From Armatimonadota bacterium (lineage in GTDB: Bacteria; Armatimonadota; UBA10988), in assembly GCA_016235455.1 (NCBI GenBank), contig JACRKZ010000031.1:32001-96000 (forward strand): 64,000 bases of DNA, written 5' to 3'. The translations under genes were made by a program, and so were the position numbers. The notes below the pieces were generated by a model, which saw only the letters and a list, made by a program, of their open reading frames with translations, was not told where the DNA came from and did not search any database. This document shows positions 1-7,991 of the stretch, piece after piece; positions within the stretch are counted from its first letter, which is position 1; each line of letters begins with the position of its first letter.

Positions 1-2
1 TG

Positions 3-638
3 CGCTTTGCCGGCTGGATGACGGGCGTGCTGCTGATCTATGCGGCCGGCTTCCGCTGGATCTCCGGCAGCAACGTCGAAGTCGGGGTGTGGCGCATCTT
101 CTGCTGGTGGGCCGGCGCGCTGGTCGTCATGCTGCGGGCCCTGGCCAGCGGTGTGCAGATCGTGGCCGAGGAGCGCGAACAGTGCACCTTGCCCGCGCTG
201 GCCATCACGCCGGTGGGGCTGGCACACGCGCTGAGCGCCAAGGTGCTGGTGGTGCTGGTCCAGGCCGCGCCGTGGCTGGTCCTGCTGCGTCTGGCCGCGG
301 CCGGGCACCGCGAACTGCCCATCGCGCTGGTGGCGGTGCTGACCGCCTCGGCCGCCATGGTCGGGCCGCTGGCCGCGGCGTGGTTCAGCGGCCGGCTGGT
401 GGCTGTCATGGTCGGCGGGCTGGGCGCGGCGGTGCTGGGTCTGAGCCTGATGCGCTTCATCTATCGGCCGGTGGCGAGCGCCTACAGCGCCCTGGAGTTC
501 GCTCTTCCGCTACCGCATGGCGAGTGGCTGCCGACGCTCCTGGTGGTCGGCGCGCTGGCGGCCGCGTGGCACAGGCTGCGCGTCGCGGCGAGCGCCGGTC
601 TGTATCGCGCGGCGGGCGAGCTGGGGCAGGGGACGTAG
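3..638 (+). CDS. ABC-2-type transporter permease-like membrane protein (5' end probably outside window)
   Basis: Frame is open from base 3. Multiple hydrophobic helices and the ABC-2 permease motif EREQxTLxxLxxTP (EEREQCTLPALAITP). Paralogous to the C-terminal half of the next gene. Confidence 0.6.
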   Translation, partial: RFAGWMTGVLLIYAAGFRWISGSNVEVGVWRIFCWWAGALVVMLRALASGVQIVAEEREQCTLPALAITPVGLAHALSAKVLVVLVQAAPWLVLLRLAAAGHRELPIALVAVLTASAAMVGPLAAAWFSGRLVAVMVGGLGAAVLGLSLMRFIYRPVASAYSALEFALPLPHGEWLPTLLVVGALAAAWHRLRVAASAGLYRAAGELGQGT

Positions 639-644
639 CGCACG

Positions 645-2204
645 ATGGCGAGCCCGGTGTGGCGATACCTACTGGCCTGGGAGCTGCGTTACGCGGTGCG
701 GCGCAGCGCGTTCTGGCTGATGCTGCTCGGCGCGGCGCTGCTGCCGGTAGCCTTCGGCTGGGCCATGGCGCGCGCCTACGGCCAGCCCGGTTTCATGCTC
801 TACGCCCCGGCCTGCGGCGCGCAGATGGTGCTGCTGTCGGTGCTGGTCGCCGCGTGGACCGCGCTCAGCGCCAAGCGCCAGGTCAGCTCGGAGCTGAGCG
901 ACGACTGGCTGCTGGTCATCACCTGGCGGCAGTCGCTGCTGGCGCGCTATGCCGCCGCGGCGCTCATGGGCCTGGCCATGGCCCTTGCCAGCACGGTCGC
1001 CATGCGGCTGGCCATCGCCTGGTGCGGCGGCACGGGAGCCATGCTGGCGGTTGCCGCGCAGCGCCACGTGTTCGGCGCGGTGCTGCAGGGCCTGGCTTCG
1101 GCGGCGGTGGTGGTGGGCGCGGCCGACTTCCTGCTGGCCTCGCAGGCCACGGTGCTGTCGGTGCAGTTGGCGGTCACGCTGTTCTGGTCGTTCGTTCCGT
1201 TCCTGGGCTTCTTCTGGCCGGCCTGGGTGCTGACCGACCCCGCCAACCTGGGCACTCCGGACGGCGCGCTGCTGTTCGCGCAGGTGGCCAAGGGGCTGTG
1301 CCTGGTGCTGTTCGGCTTTGGCTGGCTGCGTAGCGAGGACTTCTGGCTGCTGCTTGCCGAGCGCCGCCGCGACGGCTACGATGCGAGCATCGGCGAGATC
1401 CGCAGCGAGATCGCGGGCAGCCAGACGGCCAACAGCGCCGGTAGCCGCCTCGCCCTGGCCGCGTCGCGCGCGCGCTGGCGCCAGCTACGATTGCCGCCCT
1501 GGCTGGTGGCCGATCTGGCGCGCTATCCGGTCATCGCGCTGCCACGCGGCAGCGCCGGCTGGGGCCGGCTGATCAAGTTCGCGTTGCTGCTGGGCACGGT
1601 TTTGCTGGCCTATGTCGGCGCCACCTCGGCTGCCGGCCGAGAGGTCGATCTGGACTGGATCTTCTGGCAGACGTTCGGCTGGTGGGCCGCGCTGGTGATC
1701 GTGCTGCTGCGGGCGCTGGCCAGCGGGGTGCAGATTGTGGCGCAGGAGCGCGAGCAGGGCACGCTGGCCGATCTGGCGACCACCCCCGTAGGGTTGGCGT
1801 ACATGCTCAACGGCAAGGTGCTGGTGGTCGTGTGGCAGGCCGTGCCGTGGCTCGTACTGCTGGTCGCCTGGGCGTGGGACGGCCACACGCTGCCCTTCTC
1901 GAGCCTCGTGCCGCTGATCGTCGCCGCCGCGTTGTTGGCGCCGTGCGCCGCCGCCCTCTTCGGCAGCCGCTTGCTGGCGGTTCTCGCGGCTGGGGGTGGG
2001 GCGTTCCTGCTCATTGCCGTCCTGTGGGCGCAAGCAGCGCGTTTCGCCTGCAACTGGCCCGGCATGTTCCACAAGCACCTGAACCAATGTGGTGAACTCA
2101 TCGCGATGGAGCTGGTCATCCTCGTGCTGCCGTTGGTCTGGTTCGCCGCGCGCGACATAGCGCTCGTCTGGCTCCGCCGCTCGGCCGGCAGCCAGACGGC
2201 CTAG
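645..2204 (+). CDS. ABC-2-type transporter permease-like membrane protein with two permease-like halves
   Basis: 519 aa, polytopic. N-terminal WELRYAVRR and C-half motif QEREQGTLADLATTP...NGK are typical of ABC-2 permeases. Confidence 0.6.
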   Translation: MASPVWRYLLAWELRYAVRRSAFWLMLLGAALLPVAFGWAMARAYGQPGFMLYAPACGAQMVLLSVLVAAWTALSAKRQVSSELSDDWLLVITWRQSLLARYAAAALMGLAMALASTVAMRLAIAWCGGTGAMLAVAAQRHVFGAVLQGLASAAVVVGAADFLLASQATVLSVQLAVTLFWSFVPFLGFFWPAWVLTDPANLGTPDGALLFAQVAKGLCLVLFGFGWLRSEDFWLLLAERRRDGYDASIGEIRSEIAGSQTANSAGSRLALAASRARWRQLRLPPWLVADLARYPVIALPRGSAGWGRLIKFALLLGTVLLAYVGATSAAGREVDLDWIFWQTFGWWAALVIVLLRALASGVQIVAQEREQGTLADLATTPVGLAYMLNGKVLVVVWQAVPWLVLLVAWAWDGHTLPFSSLVPLIVAAALLAPCAAALFGSRLLAVLAAGGGAFLLIAVLWAQAARFACNWPGMFHKHLNQCGELIAMELVILVLPLVWFAARDIALVWLRRSAGSQTA

Positions 2205-2356
2205 GGCCAGACAGGACCAGCCCCGCGCCAGAACGGCCCCAAACTGGCTACGCCACGCCCCAGCGTGGCACGACATGCGGCTCCGCGCGGCCGTGGAGGT
2301 CGGCCTACGGCCGATGCCACGCGGGAGCGGTGTGGTCTGGAACTGCTACAGGCCGC

Positions 2357-3628
2357 TCAGCGCACCAGCCGCTCATCCCCCTCAACCGCCGCCGCCGCCT
2401 CGGGCAACTCATCGAACTCCAGCCGCACCACCAGCACCGTGCCCGCCAACTCGTTGGCCGGCAGCCGCCGCAGGCGCAGGCAGGGCTGCTGCGTCGCGTG
2501 CTCGCTGGGTAGGACGGTCACCTCGCACTCCACCTCGTCGCCCGAGTTGAGCAGCGTGGCGCGGGTCGGCATGACGGCCAGCGGCTTGAGCTTGACCGAG
2601 TCGGTGACCAGTTCGCGGTGGCAGATGACGTACAACGTGGTACCGCGCCGGGTCAGCAGCACGTCGCGGTTGGTGGTCAGGTGCGAGGCGGGCTCAACGT
2701 CGATCAGCGCCTCGCGGGTCTTGTGGTACCAGGCGCCGAGCCGCCGCAGCATGCCCACCTGATGCGGGTCGATGCTGCCGTCGGCGCGCGGGCCGAGGTT
2801 GAGCAGGTAGTTGGCGCCGCGCGCTAAGTACTTGGCCAGACTGCGCTGCAGGTGGCGGTCGGTGTAGTAGTCTTCGCCGAGACGAAAGCCCCAGCTCTCG
2901 ATGCCCACCGACTGGCAGGCCTCGGTCGGCCGACTGAGCGTCATCTGGCCGTCCAGCCCGCCATCCCAGTCGCGTTCGGGCGTGCCGAAGTCGCCCTCGT
3001 CGTAGCCGCGGTTGTTGATCACCGCGCCGGGCTGCAACTCGCGGATGCGCGCGTTGATGCTCGGGTCGACGTGCTCCTCGACGTTCATGTCCCACCAGAA
3101 CCCGCCCAGCGGGCCGTAGTTGGTGCACAACTCCTCAACCTGAGCGCGCAGGAAGTCCAGATACCGCGCGTGGTCGGGCTGATCCCCGGGCAGCGGGCCG
3201 GGCAGCTCGTGGTGGCGGCCCTGGTTGGGGTAGTTGGGGTGGTGCCAGTCGACGCACGAGTAGTAGAGGCACAGCGGGAAGCGTCGGCGGCGGCAGGCCT
3301 CGGCCACCAGATAGACCAGGTCCCGGCCGTCGGGCGTGTGGGTCACGCAGAAGTCGGTCTGCTTCGTGGCCCACAGGCAGAAGCCGTCGTGATGCTTGGT
3401 GGTCAGGCACAGGTAGCCCATCCCGGCCTCTTCGGCCAGATCGAGCCACAGATCGGGGTCGAAGCGGTGCGGCACCCAGTCGCCGGCCAGCTTCTCATAC
3501 TCGCTCCGATCCACGCGGCCGCGCCACTGCAGTTGCTCATGCCAGGCCGGCAGGGCATAGAGTCCCCAATGAATGAACAAGCCGAAGCGCTTCTCAAAGA
3601 ACCAGTCGCGCGCATCGCCAAAGCGCAT
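2357..3628 (-). CDS. alpha-L-fucosidase (GH29)
   Basis: WFxxxRFGLFIHWGLY, TTKHHDGFCLW, LYYS..DW, nucleophile WWD, INNR and NYLLNLGPRADG motifs. ATG at 3628 with GAGGTG RBS. Confidence 0.9.
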   Translation of the reverse strand: MRFGDARDWFFEKRFGLFIHWGLYALPAWHEQLQWRGRVDRSEYEKLAGDWVPHRFDPDLWLDLAEEAGMGYLCLTTKHHDGFCLWATKQTDFCVTHTPDGRDLVYLVAEACRRRRFPLCLYYSCVDWHHPNYPNQGRHHELPGPLPGDQPDHARYLDFLRAQVEELCTNYGPLGGFWWDMNVEEHVDPSINARIRELQPGAVINNRGYDEGDFGTPERDWDGGLDGQMTLSRPTEACQSVGIESWGFRLGEDYYTDRHLQRSLAKYLARGANYLLNLGPRADGSIDPHQVGMLRRLGAWYHKTREALIDVEPASHLTTNRDVLLTRRGTTLYVICHRELVTDSVKLKPLAVMPTRATLLNSGDEVECEVTVLPSEHATQQPCLRLRRLPANELAGTVLVVRLEFDELPEAAAAVEGDERLVR

Positions 3629-3654
3629 GGCAGCCACCTCTCATGCCGCGGGGC

Positions 3655-4425
3655 TCAGCGCTTGCCGCGGTCGTCCTCGTCCACCACCCGCAGGCCCGAG
3701 CGCTCGAAGATGTCGGCCACGCGCTTCTCACGCGACTGCCGCTCGGCCTCGGCGCGCCGGTTGGGCTTGGGCGGCTTGGGCGGCTTGGGCTTGCCGCCGG
3801 TCTTCTGGAAGATCCGGTGCAGGTGGTGGCCAAAGTAGAAGTAGGCCGCCGGCAGGCCGACGCCACCAGCCACGGCGAACAAGCCGAGCACGGGGCCGAA
3901 CCCGTACCACAGCGACAGAATCTCCAGCACCAGCAGCACCCAGCCGTAAGCCGGCACGATGAGCAGCATGATCGGCGTGCGCAGGTTGCGCAGCGACCAG
4001 ATGGTCAACACGGCGCTCAGCGCGATGCCCGCGCCGGCGATGGGCACGGCGGCGCCCAGCGCGCTCGCGCCCAGCGAGATCAGCACGGCCGTCACGGCGC
4101 AGACGGTCAGCACGAAGACGGCGTGGATGGTGGTGCCCCACCAGCGCTCGACATCGGAGCCCGCCCACCACAGCACGAAGCCCATCATCAGCATGAAGAA
4201 GGGCTGCATGCCGACATTCACCAGCGGGTAGGTGAGTAGCGCCCACGGCCGCTGGGCCAGCGCCTCGCTGTGCACCGCCAGGCTGCTGGCCAGCGCGGCC
4301 ACTGGCGGCGCCAGGAAGGCGAAGAACCACAGCGCCACGGAGGCCACGATGAACCAGAAGGTGAACGGCGCGCTGCGCGGCGCGAACCTGGGTCCGAAGC
4401 TGATGGTCGAGGTTTGATAGGCCAT
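3655..4425 (-). CDS. rhomboid-fold membrane protein, probably catalytically inactive
   Basis: RPWALLTYP and LWWAGSDVERWWG match rhomboid L1/TM2. GASG appears as GAGI and the TM6 His is absent. Confidence 0.65.
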   Translation of the reverse strand: MAYQTSTISFGPRFAPRSAPFTFWFIVASVALWFFAFLAPPVAALASSLAVHSEALAQRPWALLTYPLVNVGMQPFFMLMMGFVLWWAGSDVERWWGTTIHAVFVLTVCAVTAVLISLGASALGAAVPIAGAGIALSAVLTIWSLRNLRTPIMLLIVPAYGWVLLVLEILSLWYGFGPVLGLFAVAGGVGLPAAYFYFGHHLHRIFQKTGGKPKPPKPPKPNRRAEAERQSREKRVADIFERSGLRVVDEDDRGKR

Positions 4426-4578
4426 GGTTGTGCTCACCAGCGCCCGCGCGCGCGGCGGGTTCCCTTGAGGCTATTGTACGACGAGTCGGGCCACGCGTGA
4501 CACGACCGCGATAAGCCACCGTAACGCGCGGATGTTGTATAAGGAGTGCGGGGGGCAACGCTCCCGGCAGGTGGCACC

Positions 4579-5616
4579 ATGGACGACACGAAAGCCAGGC
4601 GCAAGCGACGCACCGTGTGGGTGGCGCTCGGCACCACTTTCCTGCTCATCACGCTCGGCGTGGGGCTGATCCGGCTGCTGGCCGGCGCGCTGGGCGGCGA
4701 CGAGACGAACTCGCGCGGCTTCGCTGGCGTCAGCGGCGACCGCATCGCCGTGATCAACGTCAACGGCGTCATCCGCGCCGGGGGCGAGAGCAGCCTGCTG
4801 GGCGGTGTCTCGCCGGGCGCCAGCGCGCTGCTCAAGCAGATCCGCTCTGCCGAGCGCAACCGCGATGTCAAGGCCGTCATCCTGCACATCAACTCGCCCG
4901 GCGGCGCCGCGGCCTCGTCGCAAGAGGTCTACGAGGCGGTCATGGCCGCGCGCCGCAAGAAGAAGTTCGTTGCCTCCATGGCCGATGTGGCCGCGTCCGG
5001 CGGCTACTACATCGCCAGCGCGTGTGACAGGATCGTGGCCAACCGCGCCTCGATGACCGGCAGCATCGGCGTCATCATTGCCAGCTACAACGTCTCGGGC
5101 CTCATGAAGCGCTACGACGTGACGGACACCACCATCACCAGCGGGCCCTTCAAGGCCACCGGCGCGCCCACGCGACCCTTCTCCGACGCCGATCGCACGC
5201 TGCTCCAGGGCCTGGTGAACGACACCTACGAGCAGTTCGTGGCCGACGTGGCCAAGGGTCGCGGCTGCGACGTGGCCAAGATCCGCAAGGTTGCCGACGG
5301 GCGCGTCATGACCGGTCGGCAGGCCAAGGCGGCCGGGCTGGTCGACGAGCTCGGCGGCTTCCAGCGCGCGGTGGAAGTGGCCCGCGATCTGGCCCGCCTG
5401 CCCCGGGGCCGGCAGCCCAACCTCTACTACATGGGCCGCACCTCCTTGGTCGACCAGCTGCTCGATAGCGAGACGCTCCTGCCCGGCCGCGGCGCCGCGC
5501 TGGAGCAGGTTCTGGCGCCGACACCCCTGTGGCTGCTGGCACCCGCGGCCCTGGCGCCCGCGGCTCTGGAGCCGACAGCGGCCACCCCGCCGGCGGCAAC
5601 GCCGCAGGCCCGCTGA
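4579..5616 (+). CDS. sppA: signal peptide peptidase SppA (36K type, S49)
   Basis: N-terminal TM; INSPGG, AASGGYY (catalytic Ser), TGSIGV, SGPFK (catalytic Lys), ADGRVMTGRQA..GLVDELG. Confidence 0.93.
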   Translation: MDDTKARRKRRTVWVALGTTFLLITLGVGLIRLLAGALGGDETNSRGFAGVSGDRIAVINVNGVIRAGGESSLLGGVSPGASALLKQIRSAERNRDVKAVILHINSPGGAAASSQEVYEAVMAARRKKKFVASMADVAASGGYYIASACDRIVANRASMTGSIGVIIASYNVSGLMKRYDVTDTTITSGPFKATGAPTRPFSDADRTLLQGLVNDTYEQFVADVAKGRGCDVAKIRKVADGRVMTGRQAKAAGLVDELGGFQRAVEVARDLARLPRGRQPNLYYMGRTSLVDQLLDSETLLPGRGAALEQVLAPTPLWLLAPAALAPAALEPTAATPPAATPQAR

Positions 5617-7748
5617 TGGCTGGGCGCTGGTTGCTGGTCGATCCCGAGAGCATTCTGCGCTGGGCCTGGCATGCGCTGTCGCCGCGGCGCGCCCGCGATG
5701 GCCAGTCAACCCACGCGGTCCACGGTCTGGCCGCCACACTGTTGCGCGCGCTGGACCAGGAGCGCCCGGCGCGCATCGTCGCTGCCTGGGAGTCGGCGCC
5801 ACCCACCTGGCGCCACGAGCAGTTTCCCGCCTACCAGGCCGAGCGCGAGCCCGACGACGTCGATCTGATCGGTCAACGCGCGCTGGGCGAGGCCTTCGTC
5901 GCGGCGTTGGGCTGGCCCAGCGTACGCGTCGACGGCCATGCCGCGCGGGACGTGCTGGCCACGCTGGCCGCGCAGGCCGGCGACGACGAGGTGCTGCTGC
6001 TCAGCGCCGACCGTGACCTGTGCCAACTGGTCTCGCCCAGCGTGACACTGCTCGCGCCGCGGCCGGGCGATCTGGAGCGCTTCGACGAGCCCGCCGTGGC
6101 CGCGCGCTACGGCGTGCCGCCCGTGCTGTGGGCCGAGCTGCGCGCGCTCGACGGCGACCACGGCAACAGCCTGCCCGGCGTGCCGGGCATCGGCGAAAAG
6201 ACCGCCGCCGGCTGGTTGCTGCGTCACCGCGGGCTGGAGGGCGTGCTGGCCGCCGATCTGGGGGGCAAGCGGGGCGCCGAAACCAAGGCCCGGGCCGACC
6301 AGGTGCGCGCGGTGCTGGCGGTGGTGCGGCTGCGCACCGACTCGCCGGTGGCGGTGCCGGCCGGCGGCTGGCCACGTCCCACTCCGCAGGCCGAGCGACT
6401 GAGCGCGCTGCTGACCGAGTGGGACTTCCACGACCTGCTGCGGCGCCTGACCCCGCGCCTGTTGGCGCCGCCGGGCGAGATTGCCTACCGCCGCGCCGCC
6501 GACGAGGCGACCGTGGCCCTGGTGGTGGACGCGCTGGCCGCCGGCCGAGTGGCTGGTCTGGCGGCGGGTGAGAAGGGCCTGGCGGTGAGTCCGGCGCGGG
6601 CCGATGCCTGGTACGTGCCGGCCGACCTGGCGGCGCCCGTGGTGTCGGCCTTGGCCGAGGGCCGGGCGCGGCTGGTCGCCCATGATCTGACGCGCCTGCC
6701 GGCCTGGCTGGCCCGCGCGCTGCCGGCGGCGGTGGGCGACAGCCACCTGGCCCTGTGGCTGCTGGACCCCGAGCGACCGCCTATGGGCGTGGTCGAGGCC
6801 GGCCGACGCTGGCTGGGTCTGGTGGCCGAGTCGCCCGACGATCTGCCGCGCGAGCCGGCCGCGCTGTGCCTGGAGGCCGACTGGACGCGGCGCCTGGAGC
6901 CCACGCTGCGCGCCGAGCTCGAGGACCGTCACATGGGCCGCCTCTACCGCACCAGCGAGTTGGCCACCGTGCAGGCCGTCGCGGCGCTGGCCGCCCGCGG
7001 CGCGCACACGGCGGCGGGGCGCGAGCCGCTGGCCCTGCGCCGGGCGGCGGGCAGCTCCGGCCGCTGGGAGGTGGCGCGGCCGGCCCGCGAGCACCTGGCC
7101 GCCGAACTGCTGCCCGACGAGGGCGGCGTGCTGCTGAGCGCCGTCTACCGCGACCCGGCCATTTGGCTGGTGGCCGGGCTCAGCGGCGACCGCGAACTGG
7201 CCACGGCCCTGGCGGCGGCGCCCAGCGCGGCGGTGGCCGTGGCGGCGGCGCTGTGGGGCCGGGCGCCCGACAGCGTGACCCCCGAGCAGCGTCAGCGCGC
7301 GGCGGCCCTCAACGGCGCCGCGGCGCGCGGTGGCGACCTGGCCTGGTTGCGCCGCCGGCTGGGAGTCGACGAGGCCGAGGCCCGCGCGCTGGGCCGGGCC
7401 TGGGAGGCCCGGTTCCCGGTCAGCGCGCGCTGGCGAGCCGACATTGCTGCCTCGGCCCGGCGCGAAGGCTGGTTGACGACGCTCGCCGGCCGGCGCTTGC
7501 GGGCCGGCTCGACTGAGCGCGTGGCGCTGGCCCGCCAGGTCGCCGAGGCAGCCCTGGGCGATCTGCTCAACCGCGCTCTGCAGGCCTGTCGCGGCCACGC
7601 CGTGCTGCCCCTGCGCCATGGCTGGCTGGTCGGCGTGGCGGCGGGCGAGGCGGCCGCCGCGGCGGCCGAGATCGAGCGCGCCTGGCCGACGCTGGCGGGG
7701 CTCGATGTGAGCCAGCCGGTGACGGTTTCGGCGCCGGATTCACCCTGA
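5616..7748 (+). CDS. DNA polymerase I-like protein (5'-3' exonuclease fold plus degenerate family-A polymerase domain)
   Basis: SADRDLCQL and PGVPGIGEKTA (H3TH motif); LSGD and EGWLTTLAGRR in the C-terminal region. Catalytic motifs A, B and C are substituted. ATG overlaps the sppA stop (TGATG). Confidence 0.75.
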   Translation: MAGRWLLVDPESILRWAWHALSPRRARDGQSTHAVHGLAATLLRALDQERPARIVAAWESAPPTWRHEQFPAYQAEREPDDVDLIGQRALGEAFVAALGWPSVRVDGHAARDVLATLAAQAGDDEVLLLSADRDLCQLVSPSVTLLAPRPGDLERFDEPAVAARYGVPPVLWAELRALDGDHGNSLPGVPGIGEKTAAGWLLRHRGLEGVLAADLGGKRGAETKARADQVRAVLAVVRLRTDSPVAVPAGGWPRPTPQAERLSALLTEWDFHDLLRRLTPRLLAPPGEIAYRRAADEATVALVVDALAAGRVAGLAAGEKGLAVSPARADAWYVPADLAAPVVSALAEGRARLVAHDLTRLPAWLARALPAAVGDSHLALWLLDPERPPMGVVEAGRRWLGLVAESPDDLPREPAALCLEADWTRRLEPTLRAELEDRHMGRLYRTSELATVQAVAALAARGAHTAAGREPLALRRAAGSSGRWEVARPAREHLAAELLPDEGGVLLSAVYRDPAIWLVAGLSGDRELATALAAAPSAAVAVAAALWGRAPDSVTPEQRQRAAALNGAAARGGDLAWLRRRLGVDEAEARALGRAWEARFPVSARWRADIAASARREGWLTTLAGRRLRAGSTERVALARQVAEAALGDLLNRALQACRGHAVLPLRHGWLVGVAAGEAAAAAAEIERAWPTLAGLDVSQPVTVSAPDSP

Positions 7749-7793
7749 GCGACCGACGCCCGGCGGCGAGTCGCCATGGGCTTGCAGAGATTG

Positions 7794-7822
7794 TTGTCAT
7801 TGCGGCGCGCCTCTGCTATACT
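7794..7822 (+). promoter_or_regulatory. sigma70-type promoter for rpsA
   Basis: TTGTCA (7794-7799), 17 bp spacer, TATACT (7817-7822) with extended -10 TG. Confidence 0.7.
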
Positions 7823-7851
7823 CGGCGCCACGCGGATGGGCCACCAGTGGA

Positions 7852-7948
7852 CTACCAGAACATGCTCGTACGGCGGAAACCCGCCACCCTCGCCTGACAC
7901 CACGCCTCTCAGGGGTTGCTGTCGCTATGAGGGTCACGAGTCTGGTAG
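7852..7948 (+). ncRNA. putative structured rpsA 5' leader
   Basis: Nested complementarity: CTACCAGA/TCTGGTAG, CTCGT/ACGAG, GGCGG-AAAC-CCGCC, ACCCTC/GAGGGT. Confidence 0.45.
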
Positions 7949-7991
7949 AAAGCGGAATCAAGCTGCCGCAACATCGGACAGGTGAGCAGGC

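Noticed and set aside
2205-2356. Short GC hairpins between convergent genes
   Set aside because: Stems are short, lack U-tracts and are expected by chance at this GC content.
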